From NCBI GenBank assembly GCA_013151235.1, contig JAADIO010000019.1:51926-71925 (forward strand): a stretch of 20,000 nucleotides of DNA. The letters run 5' to 3'. This stretch comes from Deltaproteobacteria bacterium. GTDB lineage: Bacteria; CG2-30-53-67. The notes below the pieces were generated by a model. That model saw only the letters and a program-made list of their open reading frames with translations, searched no databases and was not told the origin of the DNA. Position 1 is the stretch's first letter. Every line of letters begins with the position of its first letter. This document shows, in pieces, positions 1 through 10,416 of this stretch. A program made the translations under genes and the position numbers.

Positions 1-2485
1 GGACAAGGTAGCTGGATGTGGAGTGTTCATCGCCGAAGGCGAAGCGCTTTCCTTTCAGGTCGGCAATGGAATGAATGGGGGCTCCTTTCCGGACGGCAAT
101 GACGGAATGGTAGAAGGGCATGTGATTGCGAATGGCTTTCAGAATAATACGGGCACCGTATCTCTTCTTGGCTTCCACATAGGTGGAGGGGGTGAGATAC
201 GCGAGATCGTATTTCCCGGCCCCGAAATCGTTGAGTGCCGTTTTGAAGTCTTCGGCTACGGCAATCTTGACCGGCCTGTTCATTTTCTTTTCCAGATACC
301 GGGCCAATGGAGTAAACCGAATCTCCATCTTGACACCCGATTCGAGGGGAATGACACCCAGGGTCAGGCCCTCCGTTTCTATGTTGTGCGTTGTATGATG
401 GACTTCCCTTTGCAACTCTTCATTATAGAGAGCGAGGGAATTGATCGCGGTGCTAAGGTCATCGGTCAGGTTGATGGATTCTTCCGTAATGTTCCGGATC
501 CGCTCGATGGAATGGACAATGAGTTCACTCCCTTTCCCCTGTTCGCGAATGGACCGGTTGATCTCCTGAATTTTGAGGATCATATTTTCGATTTCATGGG
601 CAACCCGCCGGCTTCCCATTGATTCATCGGCCATTGATTTTTTTAATTCACGGGCAAACCGGCTCACCTGTGCGACCATCCCGCGGATGACCTCGCCTCC
701 CTTATCCTGTTCCTCCACGGCGGCGGTAATCTGCTTGGTGTGTTCATTGACGTTCCGGATTTCCGTGTCAATGTGCTCGATCGACTTGACCTGTTCGATG
801 GCGGCTTTCTCAATTTCCCAGGACATCTCGCTCGACCGTTGAGACTGCTGCAGGATTTTGCCGAGGGCCTCCTTTGTTTCTCGGGAGAGTTGAACCCCTT
901 TTTGGACCTCTTCGACACTCAGGTGCACCCCCCGGGCGATGGCATCCGTTTCCGACTGCACATCGGAGATGACCTCTTCGATCTGGTCGATCGAGGAGGC
1001 GGTTCGGTCGGCCAGCGCCTTGATCTCATCGGCGACAACGGAAAACCCTTTTCCCTGTTCACCCGCCTTGGAGGCGATGATGGCGGCATTCAGGGCCAGG
1101 AGGTTGGTCTTCTCCGCCACTTCGTCAATGACGTTCAGGATTTGCCCGATCTTTTCCGATCGTTCATGCAGGATATTGACCATTCGGTCTGTCTCTTCCA
1201 CCGACTGCCGGATTCGTTCCATTCCTTCAATGGTTTCCTGCACTGCCTTGACGCCCAGTTCCGATGTCTCCAGAGTACTCTTCTGCGAAAGGGCGGCCGA
1301 TTCCTTTGCCAGTCCTTCAACCGCCTTAATGGATGCGTGCATTTCAGAAACGGACGAAGTTGAGGTTTCAATGGAGATACTGAGTGCGTTCAGATTGTTT
1401 CGGCTTTCACCGATCGAACCGATCATCTTGTGAATAGATTCCGAGGATTCTTCAATCATGGAAAAAAGTTCATCACTTTGCTGTGTGATCTGGTGGATGG
1501 AGTCATCCATGGCTTGGATCGATTTGGAGGACTCTTCGCTCGAGTGGGAAAGGCTCTGAACATTGGCGCTGATCTCCCGTAATGTGGCGGACATTTCAAA
1601 GATGGAGGACGAGGTGTCGTCCGAGGCGGATGCCTGGACCCGGGTCCCTTCGTAGATTTCCTTATGACAGTTGCGGATCAGGCGGGTGGCGTTCTCACAG
1701 TTGTCGGCGGAGCGGGCGATCTTGTTGAGCATGTCGTTATGGCGCTCCAGGAAACAGTTCATCAGGTAGGCGATTTTCGGGAGGGGGTAGAGGACCCCTT
1801 GCCAACCGCCCAGATTCATTTCCAGTATTGTGCCGGGATCGGAACGACCCTGCTGGTTCAGTGCCAGCAGAATTTCCTTCAGGGTCAGCAGATGGTTCCG
1901 AATTTTTTCTGCAAAGAGATTTTGAAGGAGCAGGATCAGCAGCAGGGTCACAAGCATCATGAAAAAGACCAGCGAAACGGAAGGCAGTCCCGATGTGCCG
2001 AGTCGGTTTACTTTTCCGCTCTCCGTTTGCTGGATCCGGGTCATGATCTCCGTCAGTTCCATTGACACATCCGGGATGGTCATGCTCTTTTCCCTTGGCC
2101 AGGCTGCTGCGGGAGAATCCTCCAGATAGCGGAGCGATTCCATCTCTTTTTGAAGGGTGTTCAGGGATGAAAAAATATCCTCAGGGAAGAGTGATTCCGA
2201 ACGGATCTGTTCCAGCCAGACGGAAGTCCGGGGGAGGAGCGCCTGGAGAAGTTCCTGTGGAGGACGATCGGGATTGCTTCCCTCCGTCAGAACATAAGAG
2301 AGTTCCTCCCATGAACTGCGAAGAGAGGCGCCTTCGGTCAGCCGATCGTTGCAGGTCCGAAGGAACGCCAGACTCCCTTCAACCGTTTTCGTGGTTTGAA
2401 TGAGTTTGCCGGCGAACCAGAAGACCAGTGCAGCCAGAATGAGAAAGGGAACGGATGCTTTGAAGCGTTCAGTCTTCAATGACAT
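1..2485 (-). CDS. Methyl-accepting chemotaxis protein (2 TM, long 64H-like signalling domain) fused to a C-terminal PhnD-like phosphate/phosphite/phosphonate-binding domain; 3'-partial, runs off the left edge
   Basis: Translated by hand; not in the ORF track because there is no stop in the window. ATG at 2485 follows AAAGGAGAG. N-terminus [26 protein letters not shown] (TM1); TM2 [21 protein letters not shown]; hairpin tip [40 protein letters not shown]. From about 372 to 1 it reads [10 protein letters not shown]...[12 protein letters not shown]...[11 protein letters not shown]...[10 protein letters not shown]...[22 protein letters not shown] (PhnD-type). Confidence 0.92.
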   Translation of the reverse strand, partial: MSLKTERFKASVPFLILAALVFWFAGKLIQTTKTVEGSLAFLRTCNDRLTEGASLRSSWEELSYVLTEGSNPDRPPQELLQALLPRTSVWLEQIRSESLFPEDIFSSLNTLQKEMESLRYLEDSPAAAWPREKSMTIPDVSMELTEIMTRIQQTESGKVNRLGTSGLPSVSLVFFMMLVTLLLILLLQNLFAEKIRNHLLTLKEILLALNQQGRSDPGTILEMNLGGWQGVLYPLPKIAYLMNCFLERHNDMLNKIARSADNCENATRLIRNCHKEIYEGTRVQASASDDTSSSIFEMSATLREISANVQSLSHSSEESSKSIQAMDDSIHQITQQSDELFSMIEESSESIHKMIGSIGESRNNLNALSISIETSTSSVSEMHASIKAVEGLAKESAALSQKSTLETSELGVKAVQETIEGMERIRQSVEETDRMVNILHERSEKIGQILNVIDEVAEKTNLLALNAAIIASKAGEQGKGFSVVADEIKALADRTASSIDQIEEVISDVQSETDAIARGVHLSVEEVQKGVQLSRETKEALGKILQQSQRSSEMSWEIEKAAIEQVKSIEHIDTEIRNVNEHTKQITAAVEEQDKGGEVIRGMVAQVSRFARELKKSMADESMGSRRVAHEIENMILKIQEINRSIREQGKGSELIVHSIERIRNITEESINLTDDLSTAINSLALYNEELQREVHHTTHNIETEGLTLGVIPLESGVKMEIRFTPLARYLEKKMNRPVKIAVAEDFKTALNDFGAGKYDLAYLTPSTYVEAKKRYGARIILKAIRNHMPFYHSVIAVRKGAPIHSIADLKGKRFAFGDEHSTSSYLV

Positions 2486-2525
2486 GGAAGGGGTCTCTCC
2501 TTTGTGTCGGTGCCGTCATTTCGAT

Positions 2526-5006
2526 CTACACCTTGAATTGATTCACCTCGTTCTGCAGGGATTCCAGCATCTGCGTCATCTCGTTGATCGAGGCCGTCAT
2601 CCCCTGGATCTGTGAACTGTTTTTCCCGTCGATCTGAACGATTTTCTTGATGTTGCTCAGAACCATCCGTGACTGGTTCGACTGACCTTCCGTGGCCCGG
2701 GAGATCATCTGGCTTTTGTAATTGACTTCCTCGATGGCTTTACTGATCTGGCCGCTTCCTTTCGACTGTTCTTCCATGGCCCGGCTGACGTGGATGGCCA
2801 TTTCCCGGAAATGTTCAATATTCTCCATAATCTGCTTGGAGCCCTTACGTTGCTCCTGGGTTCCCTTTGCCATCTGGCGCAAGGCTTCGGTGATGCTCGA
2901 CACGGCCTCCTGAACGACTTGGCTTCCTTTGTTTTGCTCGACCGTGGCCCGGGCGATTTCCTCAATCATGTTGCTCGACCGGTCGACGCTTTCGACAATC
3001 TCCCGAAGGGATTCTCCGGCCTTGCGGGAGAGGTCCATTCCTTCCGTGATCGAGGAGGCGCTGACTTCCATGGCATGGACCGCCTCGCCGGTCTCCTTCT
3101 GAACGTTCCGGATGACGTCGGCAATATCGCTGCTTGAACGGGCGGAACGATCCGCGAGGGCCTTGATCTCATCGGCTACAACGGCGAACCCCTTCCCATG
3201 TTCTCCCGCCTGGGCGGCGATGATGGCGGCATTCAGGGCCAGGAGGTTCGTCTGGTCGGCGACTTCGTCGATCACTTTGAGAATCTTGCCGATGGCGGCC
3301 GACCGTTCCCCCAGCTGCTTGATCACCCGGGAGGTTGCATCAAAGGTTTTTCGTATTTTTTCCATCCCCGCCTGGGTCTTTTCGACGACGGCCATTCCGT
3401 CCTTTGCCTTGGCTGCGGCCTCCTTGGATATGGCCAGGGATTCCTGGGCATTGCGTTCCACTTCCAGGATGGTCCGGGCGATTTCTTCTGTTGAGGAGGA
3501 GGTCTGCTCGGCGCCTACAGACAGGGAATCGATGTTTGTCGAAATGTCGTTGACCGATTGCAGCATCTGGACGATGGAGGTGGCGCTGTCGTCAATGGCC
3601 TGGGAGGTCTCCTTTGTGTTTTCCGCGACTTCATCGATGGAGGCGCTCATTTCCATAATGGAGGAAGAGGCCTCTTCCGTACTCTTGGCCAGGGCCGAGG
3701 TGTTCTCGAAAACCTCCCGGTTCATTTTGTCCATATCGTCCATGACCTGGGCGATTTCACTGATGGCGCTGTTTTGTTCATCCGCGCCGGCAGCCACCTT
3801 GTTGGTGCTGAGAATCATCTCCCGGGAGGTTTCGGAGACGGCGATCATGGTCTCCTGAATTTTGCGGACAATGTTCTGAATATTTTCGATAAAGGCATTC
3901 ATCCAGTTTGATAGATCTTGAATTTCCTCATGGGATTTTACATGAATCCGACGGGTCAGGTCTCCCTCTCCTTCGGCGATATCCTTGAGAAGATCAGCCA
4001 TCGTTCCGAGGGGTTGAAAACTTTTCCGGAGGCTGAGGAAGATCAGTATTGCAGCCAGAAGAAAGCCTGCGATCGAGACCAGAATGGAGCGATTCTGGGT
4101 CTGCTCCAGTGCGGAATCCACGTCGGTGTCATCCGTGAGGAGGGTGACAATGCCGATCTTCCGGCCGGAAAAATCTTTCAGGGGAAGAAAGGTCGTATCG
4201 AGAGACTGTGTCTTGGTATCATGGGCGAAACGGCTCACTTTGTCCAGCCGCTTGTCCAGATCAACATCCTTGAGAATTTTCAACTGCAGGTTCTCATTGG
4301 TGCTGGCCTGGAGCAGCATCCCGTTGGAAAGGCGCGTCCCCTTCGCCTTTCCGGTAAACTCTTTCCGGAGGAGGAGACTGGCTTCGTAGTGAAAACGGTT
4401 CTTCAGCTCTTCGAGGAAGGGAAGAAAACTTCCTCCGGCTTCGACGATGCCCAGGAATTTTCCTTTCCGATAGATCGGCTTGAGGAGAAAAAGATAGGCC
4501 CGGTTCCCTTCCAGCTCAATGCCGGAAAGTTCCTTTTTTCTCCGGAAGGCCTCCCGGACCATCGGCCGTTCTTCCAGGACGTTGTTCCCGAAAACGGCCG
4601 GATCGTGGGCCTGAAAGAAAATGATGCCGGGCGGTATGTAGAAGGTCAGCCGGGAAAAATTCCCCTTGGATTGCATCAACTGAAAGGCGGGCACGGTGCT
4701 GATAATCATGTCCTCCCGGTCCCGTTTCTGAAGGTCGGTGATAATCTCCGGCAGCCCGGCTGTAATGAGGTCGAGTTTGTTCTGTAACTGCTGGTACTGC
4801 TTGTCCATGATCGTCTGGAATAGGGTTTGATCTTTCTCCATGTCTTTGGCTTGCATGGCCGATCCGAGCTTATTGTTTCCCAACCAACCGGAAAAAGCGA
4901 TCATGGCGGCCACGATGATCATGGCCGCGAGGGCCAGGAGTGTCACCTTTCCCTTGAGGGTTCGGAAGGGGTTGAGCCTGTGTGCGAGATCGCTCCATCG
5001 GTTCAT
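2526..5006 (-). CDS. Methyl-accepting chemotaxis protein, periplasmic double-Cache-like sensor + HAMP + 64H-class signalling domain (826 aa)
   Basis: Two TM helices flank a periplasmic region of about 270 aa. [27 protein letters not shown]...EEIQDL; tip [30 protein letters not shown]. About 225 residues lie on each side of the tip (32 heptads each). Confidence 0.95.
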   Translation of the reverse strand: MNRWSDLAHRLNPFRTLKGKVTLLALAAMIIVAAMIAFSGWLGNNKLGSAMQAKDMEKDQTLFQTIMDKQYQQLQNKLDLITAGLPEIITDLQKRDREDMIISTVPAFQLMQSKGNFSRLTFYIPPGIIFFQAHDPAVFGNNVLEERPMVREAFRRKKELSGIELEGNRAYLFLLKPIYRKGKFLGIVEAGGSFLPFLEELKNRFHYEASLLLRKEFTGKAKGTRLSNGMLLQASTNENLQLKILKDVDLDKRLDKVSRFAHDTKTQSLDTTFLPLKDFSGRKIGIVTLLTDDTDVDSALEQTQNRSILVSIAGFLLAAILIFLSLRKSFQPLGTMADLLKDIAEGEGDLTRRIHVKSHEEIQDLSNWMNAFIENIQNIVRKIQETMIAVSETSREMILSTNKVAAGADEQNSAISEIAQVMDDMDKMNREVFENTSALAKSTEEASSSIMEMSASIDEVAENTKETSQAIDDSATSIVQMLQSVNDISTNIDSLSVGAEQTSSSTEEIARTILEVERNAQESLAISKEAAAKAKDGMAVVEKTQAGMEKIRKTFDATSRVIKQLGERSAAIGKILKVIDEVADQTNLLALNAAIIAAQAGEHGKGFAVVADEIKALADRSARSSSDIADVIRNVQKETGEAVHAMEVSASSITEGMDLSRKAGESLREIVESVDRSSNMIEEIARATVEQNKGSQVVQEAVSSITEALRQMAKGTQEQRKGSKQIMENIEHFREMAIHVSRAMEEQSKGSGQISKAIEEVNYKSQMISRATEGQSNQSRMVLSNIKKIVQIDGKNSSQIQGMTASINEMTQMLESLQNEVNQFKV

Positions 5007-5076
5007 CTTTTCCTACCTGCCTTTCTACCTCGATGGTTTTGAAAGAAGTTCGCCTTCTGAATTTCTGAGATGGCGA

Positions 5077-5553
5077 TTATTCGATTGTTGTGACGATCCG
5101 GACCTTTCTGCTTGTGACATCGCTCTTCAACAGGTAGCCGATGGCATTGGGGTCTTTCGCCACCCGGGCCTGCATGAGGGGCGCCGACCGGACCGTTTTG
5201 GGCGGGTTCTTGGCCGTATTGGCGATCTTCTTGCCGGCCCACTCCATGGCAACCTTCCGGGCTTCTTTCTCCAGGACCGCTTCGGAAAATTTTTCCCGTG
5301 CCGGGTCCTGGGTGCGTAGATCATAGAGGCGGATCTTTTTCCCGTTCGGCCAGTTAAGAATGTCATTTTCGTAATAGTGTTTGACTTCTTCTATGGAGAG
5401 CGCTTTCACGGGATTATCTGCGTTCACGATCACGACGACCTCTCCCGCTCCGGCCGGGCTTGTCAAATAGAACAAAAAGGACAAAGCGGCCATGGACATC
5501 ACGGTCGTCAGTGCCGCTTTCCTGAATATCCTTTTCCTGTACTTTTCCTGCAT
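5077..5553 (-). CDS. Small exported PstS-like (class II periplasmic binding fold) protein, 158 aa
   Basis: ATG at 5553 follows GGAGGAG. Signal peptide ending ...SPAGA; motifs VVVIVNADNPVKALS...W.NG and VAKDPNAIGY are typical of the short phosphate-ABC-SBP-like proteins found next to porins. Confidence 0.8.
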   Translation of the reverse strand: MQEKYRKRIFRKAALTTVMSMAALSFLFYLTSPAGAGEVVVIVNADNPVKALSIEEVKHYYENDILNWPNGKKIRLYDLRTQDPAREKFSEAVLEKEARKVAMEWAGKKIANTAKNPPKTVRSAPLMQARVAKDPNAIGYLLKSDVTSRKVRIVTTIE

Positions 5554-5607
5554 GGTATCTCCTCCTGCGATGTTGTCCTTGGGGCTGAACCCTCCTCTTC
5601 TCATAAT

Positions 5608-6729
5608 TTAATTCCCTCCCAGGTAGACCGCAACGGAGAAGAGGGTCTTCGTATAATGAACATCCGAAGCGCCTTCATCCTTTACGAAATGGTGTTCAAT
5701 CTTTCCGACCACATTGGGTGTGAAATGGTAATTCAGTGCCACCGTGTTGGTGGTCATCCGGTTATTGTTCTCCCGCTGGTCGGGGTCGTACCAGTCATAA
5801 CGGTAACCGACGGTCCATTTCCGCCAATCGTAGGTTAGCTGGGAATACCATCCGATGGTCTGTTCCGTGGTGCCGGCAACCAGCCGGGTATATCGTTTTG
5901 CATACTCGCCCTGGAATTTCAGATCCTGCCAGGCCAGTCTGGCATCGGCTCCGAGGATCTTCACCTTGTTGTCGTTTTCATCCCGGTTCTCCCGGTCGTA
6001 GGAAAACCCGATTTCCGCATCCGACAGGAAGGGGAGCTTGAAGCCGAGGTCGGCCCCCCATGACTTGTCCGTATTGATGTCGCCGTGTCCGGGGTTTTCG
6101 CCGGAACCGTTGGAGACATAAAAGAGATAATCGGTGGTCACGCCCCCTTGGTAATGGCTGCCGTAGAACTGAAGGCCGTCATTGGTATGTGGAAAGATAA
6201 GTTGAGTGACCAGTGTCGGTTGTTCCTGGGTGAGAACGAAGGGGGGGTAGTGTTCCACATTCCAGATCCCGGCCGGATTGAGAAAACGGCCAAGGCGGAA
6301 GTTGACGTAGCGGTTGTGGCTGTATTCCAGCGTGAAGACCTCGACGAAGATCTCTCCGGGATAGGTCTGTTCGGAAGGCTCTATTTTCGGGGCGTCCTCG
6401 AACTCAACCTCCGAGAACAGCCGCCACTGCTCCGCCAACTGTTTGCTGAAAAAGAGGGAAAGGTGATGGAGGCGGAATTCACTCCGGGCATTTGCGGCCT
6501 GGTTGTCGGTCAGGTTGAACTCTCCGTCGGCATAGCCGCTGATGTCTACAAGATTTCCGATCCGGCTTGTTGTATCTTCGTTCTGTGCTTCTAACAGCTC
6601 GACCTTGGTCTTCAGATTATCGATTTCTTGCTTGAGATCCTTGATCTCTCCGTTGGAAACGGCCGAAGCGCGGAGCGGAGAGAGAAAAAGTATTGCAACG
6701 ATCAGTAACAGGTACCTTCTTTTTGTCAT
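5608..6729 (-). CDS. Outer-membrane beta-barrel porin with N-terminal coiled coil (373 aa)
   Basis: Signal peptide (…PLRASA); coiled coil IKDLKQEIDNLKTKVELLE; amphipathic beta strands (FSEVEFED, FRLGRFLNPAGIWN, GYRYDWYD); aromatic C-terminal strand FSVAVYLG. Confidence 0.85.
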   Translation of the reverse strand: MTKRRYLLLIVAILFLSPLRASAVSNGEIKDLKQEIDNLKTKVELLEAQNEDTTSRIGNLVDISGYADGEFNLTDNQAANARSEFRLHHLSLFFSKQLAEQWRLFSEVEFEDAPKIEPSEQTYPGEIFVEVFTLEYSHNRYVNFRLGRFLNPAGIWNVEHYPPFVLTQEQPTLVTQLIFPHTNDGLQFYGSHYQGGVTTDYLFYVSNGSGENPGHGDINTDKSWGADLGFKLPFLSDAEIGFSYDRENRDENDNKVKILGADARLAWQDLKFQGEYAKRYTRLVAGTTEQTIGWYSQLTYDWRKWTVGYRYDWYDPDQRENNNRMTTNTVALNYHFTPNVVGKIEHHFVKDEGASDVHYTKTLFSVAVYLGGN

Positions 6730-6798
6730 GATCCATCCTCCAATTACGGTCCATGATAAACTTAGCGTTCAGTTTCTTCCCCCCCAGGCAAGCGGGCA

Positions 6799-6840
6799 TC
6801 ACCCCTTTCTTCTATAAATCTTCCACCGGCGGTTTTCCAT
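6799..6840 (-). CDS. Possible 13-aa upstream ORF (MENRRWKIYRRKG) between cheW and the porin gene
   Basis: GGAGGAG Shine-Dalgarno 6 nt before the ATG at 6840; TGA at 6801-6799. Support is sequence pattern only. Confidence 0.25.
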   Translation of the reverse strand: MENRRWKIYRRKG

Positions 6841-6883
6841 CAGATGCTCCTCCATCACATGGTCCGGCTCGGCGGAATCCTGT

Positions 6884-7408
6884 TCAGGCGGAAACGGTTT
6901 CTTCCATTCGGCAGATCTTTTCGATATCCATGAGGATGATCATCCTGTCGTTCACCCGTCCGACGCCGGTGATATATTCTGCCTCCACCCCGTTCAGGAT
7001 CGGCGGCGGGGGTTCGATGGCGGATGCGGAAATGCGGGCGGCGCTCGTGATGTCGTCTACGAGGAGTCCCACCTGCTCTCCCTGATGATTGACGATGATG
7101 ATCCGGGTCCGGTGGGTCTCTTCCCGTGCCGGAAGGCCGAGCCTCCTTTTCGCATCGAAGACAGGCAGAATGTTTCCCCGGAGCGAAAGAATTCCCAGGA
7201 TGTATTCCGGCGCTCGGGGAATCGGGGTCAGCTCGGTGGGAATCGTAATCTCTTTGATCTGCATGATGTCGACGGCGTATTCCTCTTCGGCGAGTTTGAA
7301 TCCCATCAAGGTGAGAAAAGACTCCTCCCGGCTTTTCTCCTGCAGTTCATCGGCGCTTTCATTAGCCCTTTCTTCCATGCAGGTCTCTTTTTTTTCTTCG
7401 CTGTCCAT
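6884..7408 (-). CDS. cheW: Chemotaxis coupling protein CheW
   Basis: FKLAEEEYAVDIMQIKEI...TPIPRAPEYILGILSLRGNILPVFD...VGLLVDDI is the canonical CheW pattern. Confidence 0.96.
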   Translation of the reverse strand: MDSEEKKETCMEERANESADELQEKSREESFLTLMGFKLAEEEYAVDIMQIKEITIPTELTPIPRAPEYILGILSLRGNILPVFDAKRRLGLPAREETHRTRIIIVNHQGEQVGLLVDDITSAARISASAIEPPPPILNGVEAEYITGVGRVNDRMIILMDIEKICRMEETVSA

Positions 7409-7417
7409 TGTTTCCCC

Positions 7418-8383
7418 TTATTCTTCTACCGAAATTTGCTCCAGACATTCTTCGGAGACGAGTATGCGATTTTTTCCGGTTCCTTTGGCCTGGTAGAGGG
7501 CTTGGTCGGCGGCCATGATCATGGCGTCAATGGTGTCGATCTTCCCTTCGATGAAGCAGGAAAGCCCGCCGCTCAGGCTGACGGGTATGGTCTCTCCCTG
7601 AATCGTAAAAGGGGTTTTGGCAATGACCTTTCGGAGTTTCTCGGCCGCCCTTTCCGCATTGGCAATAGGTGTTTGCGTCATGAGAAGGGCAAACTCCTCT
7701 CCGCCGTAACGGGCAAAGATATCGGTTTGCCTCAGAACGCCCTGCAGTCGCTCACAGACATCGCGAAGGACCTGATCGCCGGCCTGATGACCATAGGTGT
7801 CATTCAAATTCTTGAAGTCATCGAGGTCCATGATGAGAAAAGAAAGAGGTGTTTGATAGCGTTTTACCCGGCGGATCTCCTGGACCATGCTGGTCATCAG
7901 ATACCGCCGGTTGTAGATTTCCGTCAGCGCATCGGTGTTGGAAAGGTTTGTCAGCTGTTGATTGGCCTTCTTCAATTGATCGTGGAGCAGCTTCAGTTCA
8001 AGATGAAGCCGGACCCGGGCCGAGAGCTCTGCATCATCAAAGGGTTTGGTCAGGTAGTCGCTGGCCCCTTTCTCCAGTGCCCGGTTCTTCTTTTTCTGTT
8101 CTCCTTCGGCGGTGAGCATGATCATGGGAATGTTTTTCAGTTCCGGATGATTTTTCACAAGTTCCATCAGCTTGAATCCGTCGATCTGGGGCATGATCAG
8201 ATCGCAGATGACCAGATCGATCGTTCCCTTCAACAGTTCCTTGTACCCTTTGATCCCGTCCTCCGCCTCGATACAGTCGACCGCCGGGTCCTTTTCCTGT
8301 TGCAGGACCTTCCGGATCCGGTTCCGGATCATTTCGGAATCGTCCACGATCAGGATCGTGGCTTTCTTTTTCGGTTCCGTCAT
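7418..8383 (-). CDS. Response-regulator diguanylate cyclase (REC-GGDEF, WspR/PleD-like)
   Basis: REC: ILIVDDS, DLVICDLIMP, YLTKPF. GGDEF: TDALTEIYNRR, DLDDFKNLNDTYGHQAGD, RQTD I-site followed by ARYGGEEF. Confidence 0.95.
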   Translation of the reverse strand: MTEPKKKATILIVDDSEMIRNRIRKVLQQEKDPAVDCIEAEDGIKGYKELLKGTIDLVICDLIMPQIDGFKLMELVKNHPELKNIPMIMLTAEGEQKKKNRALEKGASDYLTKPFDDAELSARVRLHLELKLLHDQLKKANQQLTNLSNTDALTEIYNRRYLMTSMVQEIRRVKRYQTPLSFLIMDLDDFKNLNDTYGHQAGDQVLRDVCERLQGVLRQTDIFARYGGEEFALLMTQTPIANAERAAEKLRKVIAKTPFTIQGETIPVSLSGGLSCFIEGKIDTIDAMIMAADQALYQAKGTGKNRILVSEECLEQISVEE

Positions 8384-10416
8384 TCGGCAACCGCCTTCCG
8401 GGTGGCTTCCTCAATAAGGGCGCCCACGTCGAGGACCAGTACAGCCTGCTTGTCTCCCAGCTCCGTTGCCCCCGCAATGCCGGGAATCCCCTTCAGGGTC
8501 CGGCCGACGGCCTTGATAACGATCTCCTGTTTGTCGAGGAAGTCATCCACGATGATGCCGATCTTTTTTTCCGCCAGCCCGGCCACGACGATGTGTGACT
8601 TTTCCATGGAGCGGCTGTTGTCTCCGGGAAGCCGGAATGCCTCCTGGAGCCGGATCAGTGGGAGCGTCCGGCCTCGAAGCTTGATCACTTCCCGCTGCTC
8701 AATGGTCTGGATGCTTTGCCGGGGGAGGATCAGGTTTTCCGTGACGGCATTTAACGGGATGGCAAAGATCTGGTCCGTGCATTGGACGATCAGGGCCGGG
8801 ATGATGGCGAGGGTAATGGGAAGGGTGATGGTAAAGAGGGTCCCTTCGCCGGGTTCGGTGTCGATGTCGATCATACCCCCCAACAGGGTGATGTTCTTTT
8901 TCGCGACATCCATACCGACCCCTCGTCCGGAGACCTCGCTCACCTTCTCCGCCGTGGAGAATCCGGGCAGAAAGATCAGGTTCAATGTCTCCTCTTCGGT
9001 CATGGATTCGTCTTCCTCCACCAGTCCTTTTTCGATCGCTTTCTCCCGGATCTTTTTCACATCGATTCCTGCACCGTCTTCTTCAACTTCAATAATGACG
9101 TGATTCCCCTCCTGATATGCCCTCAGTTCGATGGTTCCTTCCGCTTGTTTTCCAGCGGCTTTTCGAACCTCGGGGGTCTCGATACCGTGATCAATGGCAT
9201 TCCGGATAATATGCATCAGGGGGTCGGCCAGCTCTTCGATGACCATCTTGTCGAGTTCCGTATCCTCCCCCGAAGTTGCAAAGCGGATCTGTTTTCCCGC
9301 GTCATGGGAAAGTTTACGAACGATTCGGTTGAGGCGGTTGAAGATCTGTCCGATGGGAATCATCCGGACTTCGAGGACCCCGTCTTGCAGTTCTGTAAGT
9401 TTTCGTTCCAGAACCTCCACGGCTTGGTGAAAGCTGTTTGCCAGACCGGCCTGTGCCTCCGCCTGCCGGAGAGTTTTGATATTTGCTTTGAGGATATCTT
9501 TGCTCTGGATCAGTTCTCCGACAACGTTCATCAGGTGGTCCAGCTTGCCGATATCTACGCGGACTGTCCGGGTCAGGCCCTTGATGTCGCTGACGAAGTT
9601 CTCGCTTCCCCTCGCAGGGGCCGTTTCCGTCGGGGTGGGAGGTTCGCTGTCTTTCACCGGGGCATAGTTGATCTCCTCGATTTCGGCCGACTCAAAGGCG
9701 GAAATTACCGAAACGACCTTCTCCTGCTCTTCCTGGGAGCCGACGATGAGTGTGAACTGAATGCCCGATTCGGGACTGTCGCCGGTACTGGGAAGGGTGG
9801 TGATGATCTCTCCGATTTCGGAAAGACCGGCGGTGAGCTTCTGCAGGTCCTGGTCGAAGGTCGCGAGGTCAAAGGAAATCCGGATCTTGTAGAGGTGATC
9901 TCCCTGCTCGATATTTGCCAGCAGGCGGTGTTCTTCGTATTCCGTCAGGACCTCGATGACGGCCGGTGAGATATTGCAGGTTTTCAGAAGAGACTCTTCC
10001 TGGGCCCCCTCCGTGTCTGCGTGCAGGACCGCTTCGATCCGGGCTAAGGCATCTTCGATCGGGAGATCATCGTTTCCCTCTTCCCCGATTTTCAGGATCA
10101 GCCCGTTTAAAGTGTCAAGACTCTCGAAAAGGCAGTCCAGGACGGGGGGTGCGAGTTTCAGTTTCCCCAGACGCAGACTGTCTAACATATTCTCCAGGTT
10201 GTGACTCAGTTCGGAGACCTTGGTGAATCCAAGCATGCCGGAGAGCCCTTTCAGGGAATGAGCCCCCCGGAAAATCCCGTTGATGATCTCCGGGTTGATC
10301 CGGGCTGAACCGATCCCTTCTTCGAGGTGAACGAGGTTGTTTCCGATCCCTTCGAGGATCTCTTCCCCTTCTGCGAGAAATTCAATGGTCGCTTTTTGCT
10401 GGTTTGAATCCATCAT
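8380..10416 (-). CDS. cheA: Chemotaxis histidine kinase CheA
   Basis: Hpt IFRGAHSLKG; dimerisation TVRVDIGKLDHLMNVVGEL; HATPase HIIRNAIDHGIE, DDGAGID-like box (EEDGAGID), SGRGVGMDV; C-terminal CheW domain. ATGA overlaps with both neighbours. Confidence 0.98.
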   Translation of the reverse strand: MMDSNQQKATIEFLAEGEEILEGIGNNLVHLEEGIGSARINPEIINGIFRGAHSLKGLSGMLGFTKVSELSHNLENMLDSLRLGKLKLAPPVLDCLFESLDTLNGLILKIGEEGNDDLPIEDALARIEAVLHADTEGAQEESLLKTCNISPAVIEVLTEYEEHRLLANIEQGDHLYKIRISFDLATFDQDLQKLTAGLSEIGEIITTLPSTGDSPESGIQFTLIVGSQEEQEKVVSVISAFESAEIEEINYAPVKDSEPPTPTETAPARGSENFVSDIKGLTRTVRVDIGKLDHLMNVVGELIQSKDILKANIKTLRQAEAQAGLANSFHQAVEVLERKLTELQDGVLEVRMIPIGQIFNRLNRIVRKLSHDAGKQIRFATSGEDTELDKMVIEELADPLMHIIRNAIDHGIETPEVRKAAGKQAEGTIELRAYQEGNHVIIEVEEDGAGIDVKKIREKAIEKGLVEEDESMTEEETLNLIFLPGFSTAEKVSEVSGRGVGMDVAKKNITLLGGMIDIDTEPGEGTLFTITLPITLAIIPALIVQCTDQIFAIPLNAVTENLILPRQSIQTIEQREVIKLRGRTLPLIRLQEAFRLPGDNSRSMEKSHIVVAGLAEKKIGIIVDDFLDKQEIVIKAVGRTLKGIPGIAGATELGDKQAVLVLDVGALIEEATRKAVAE

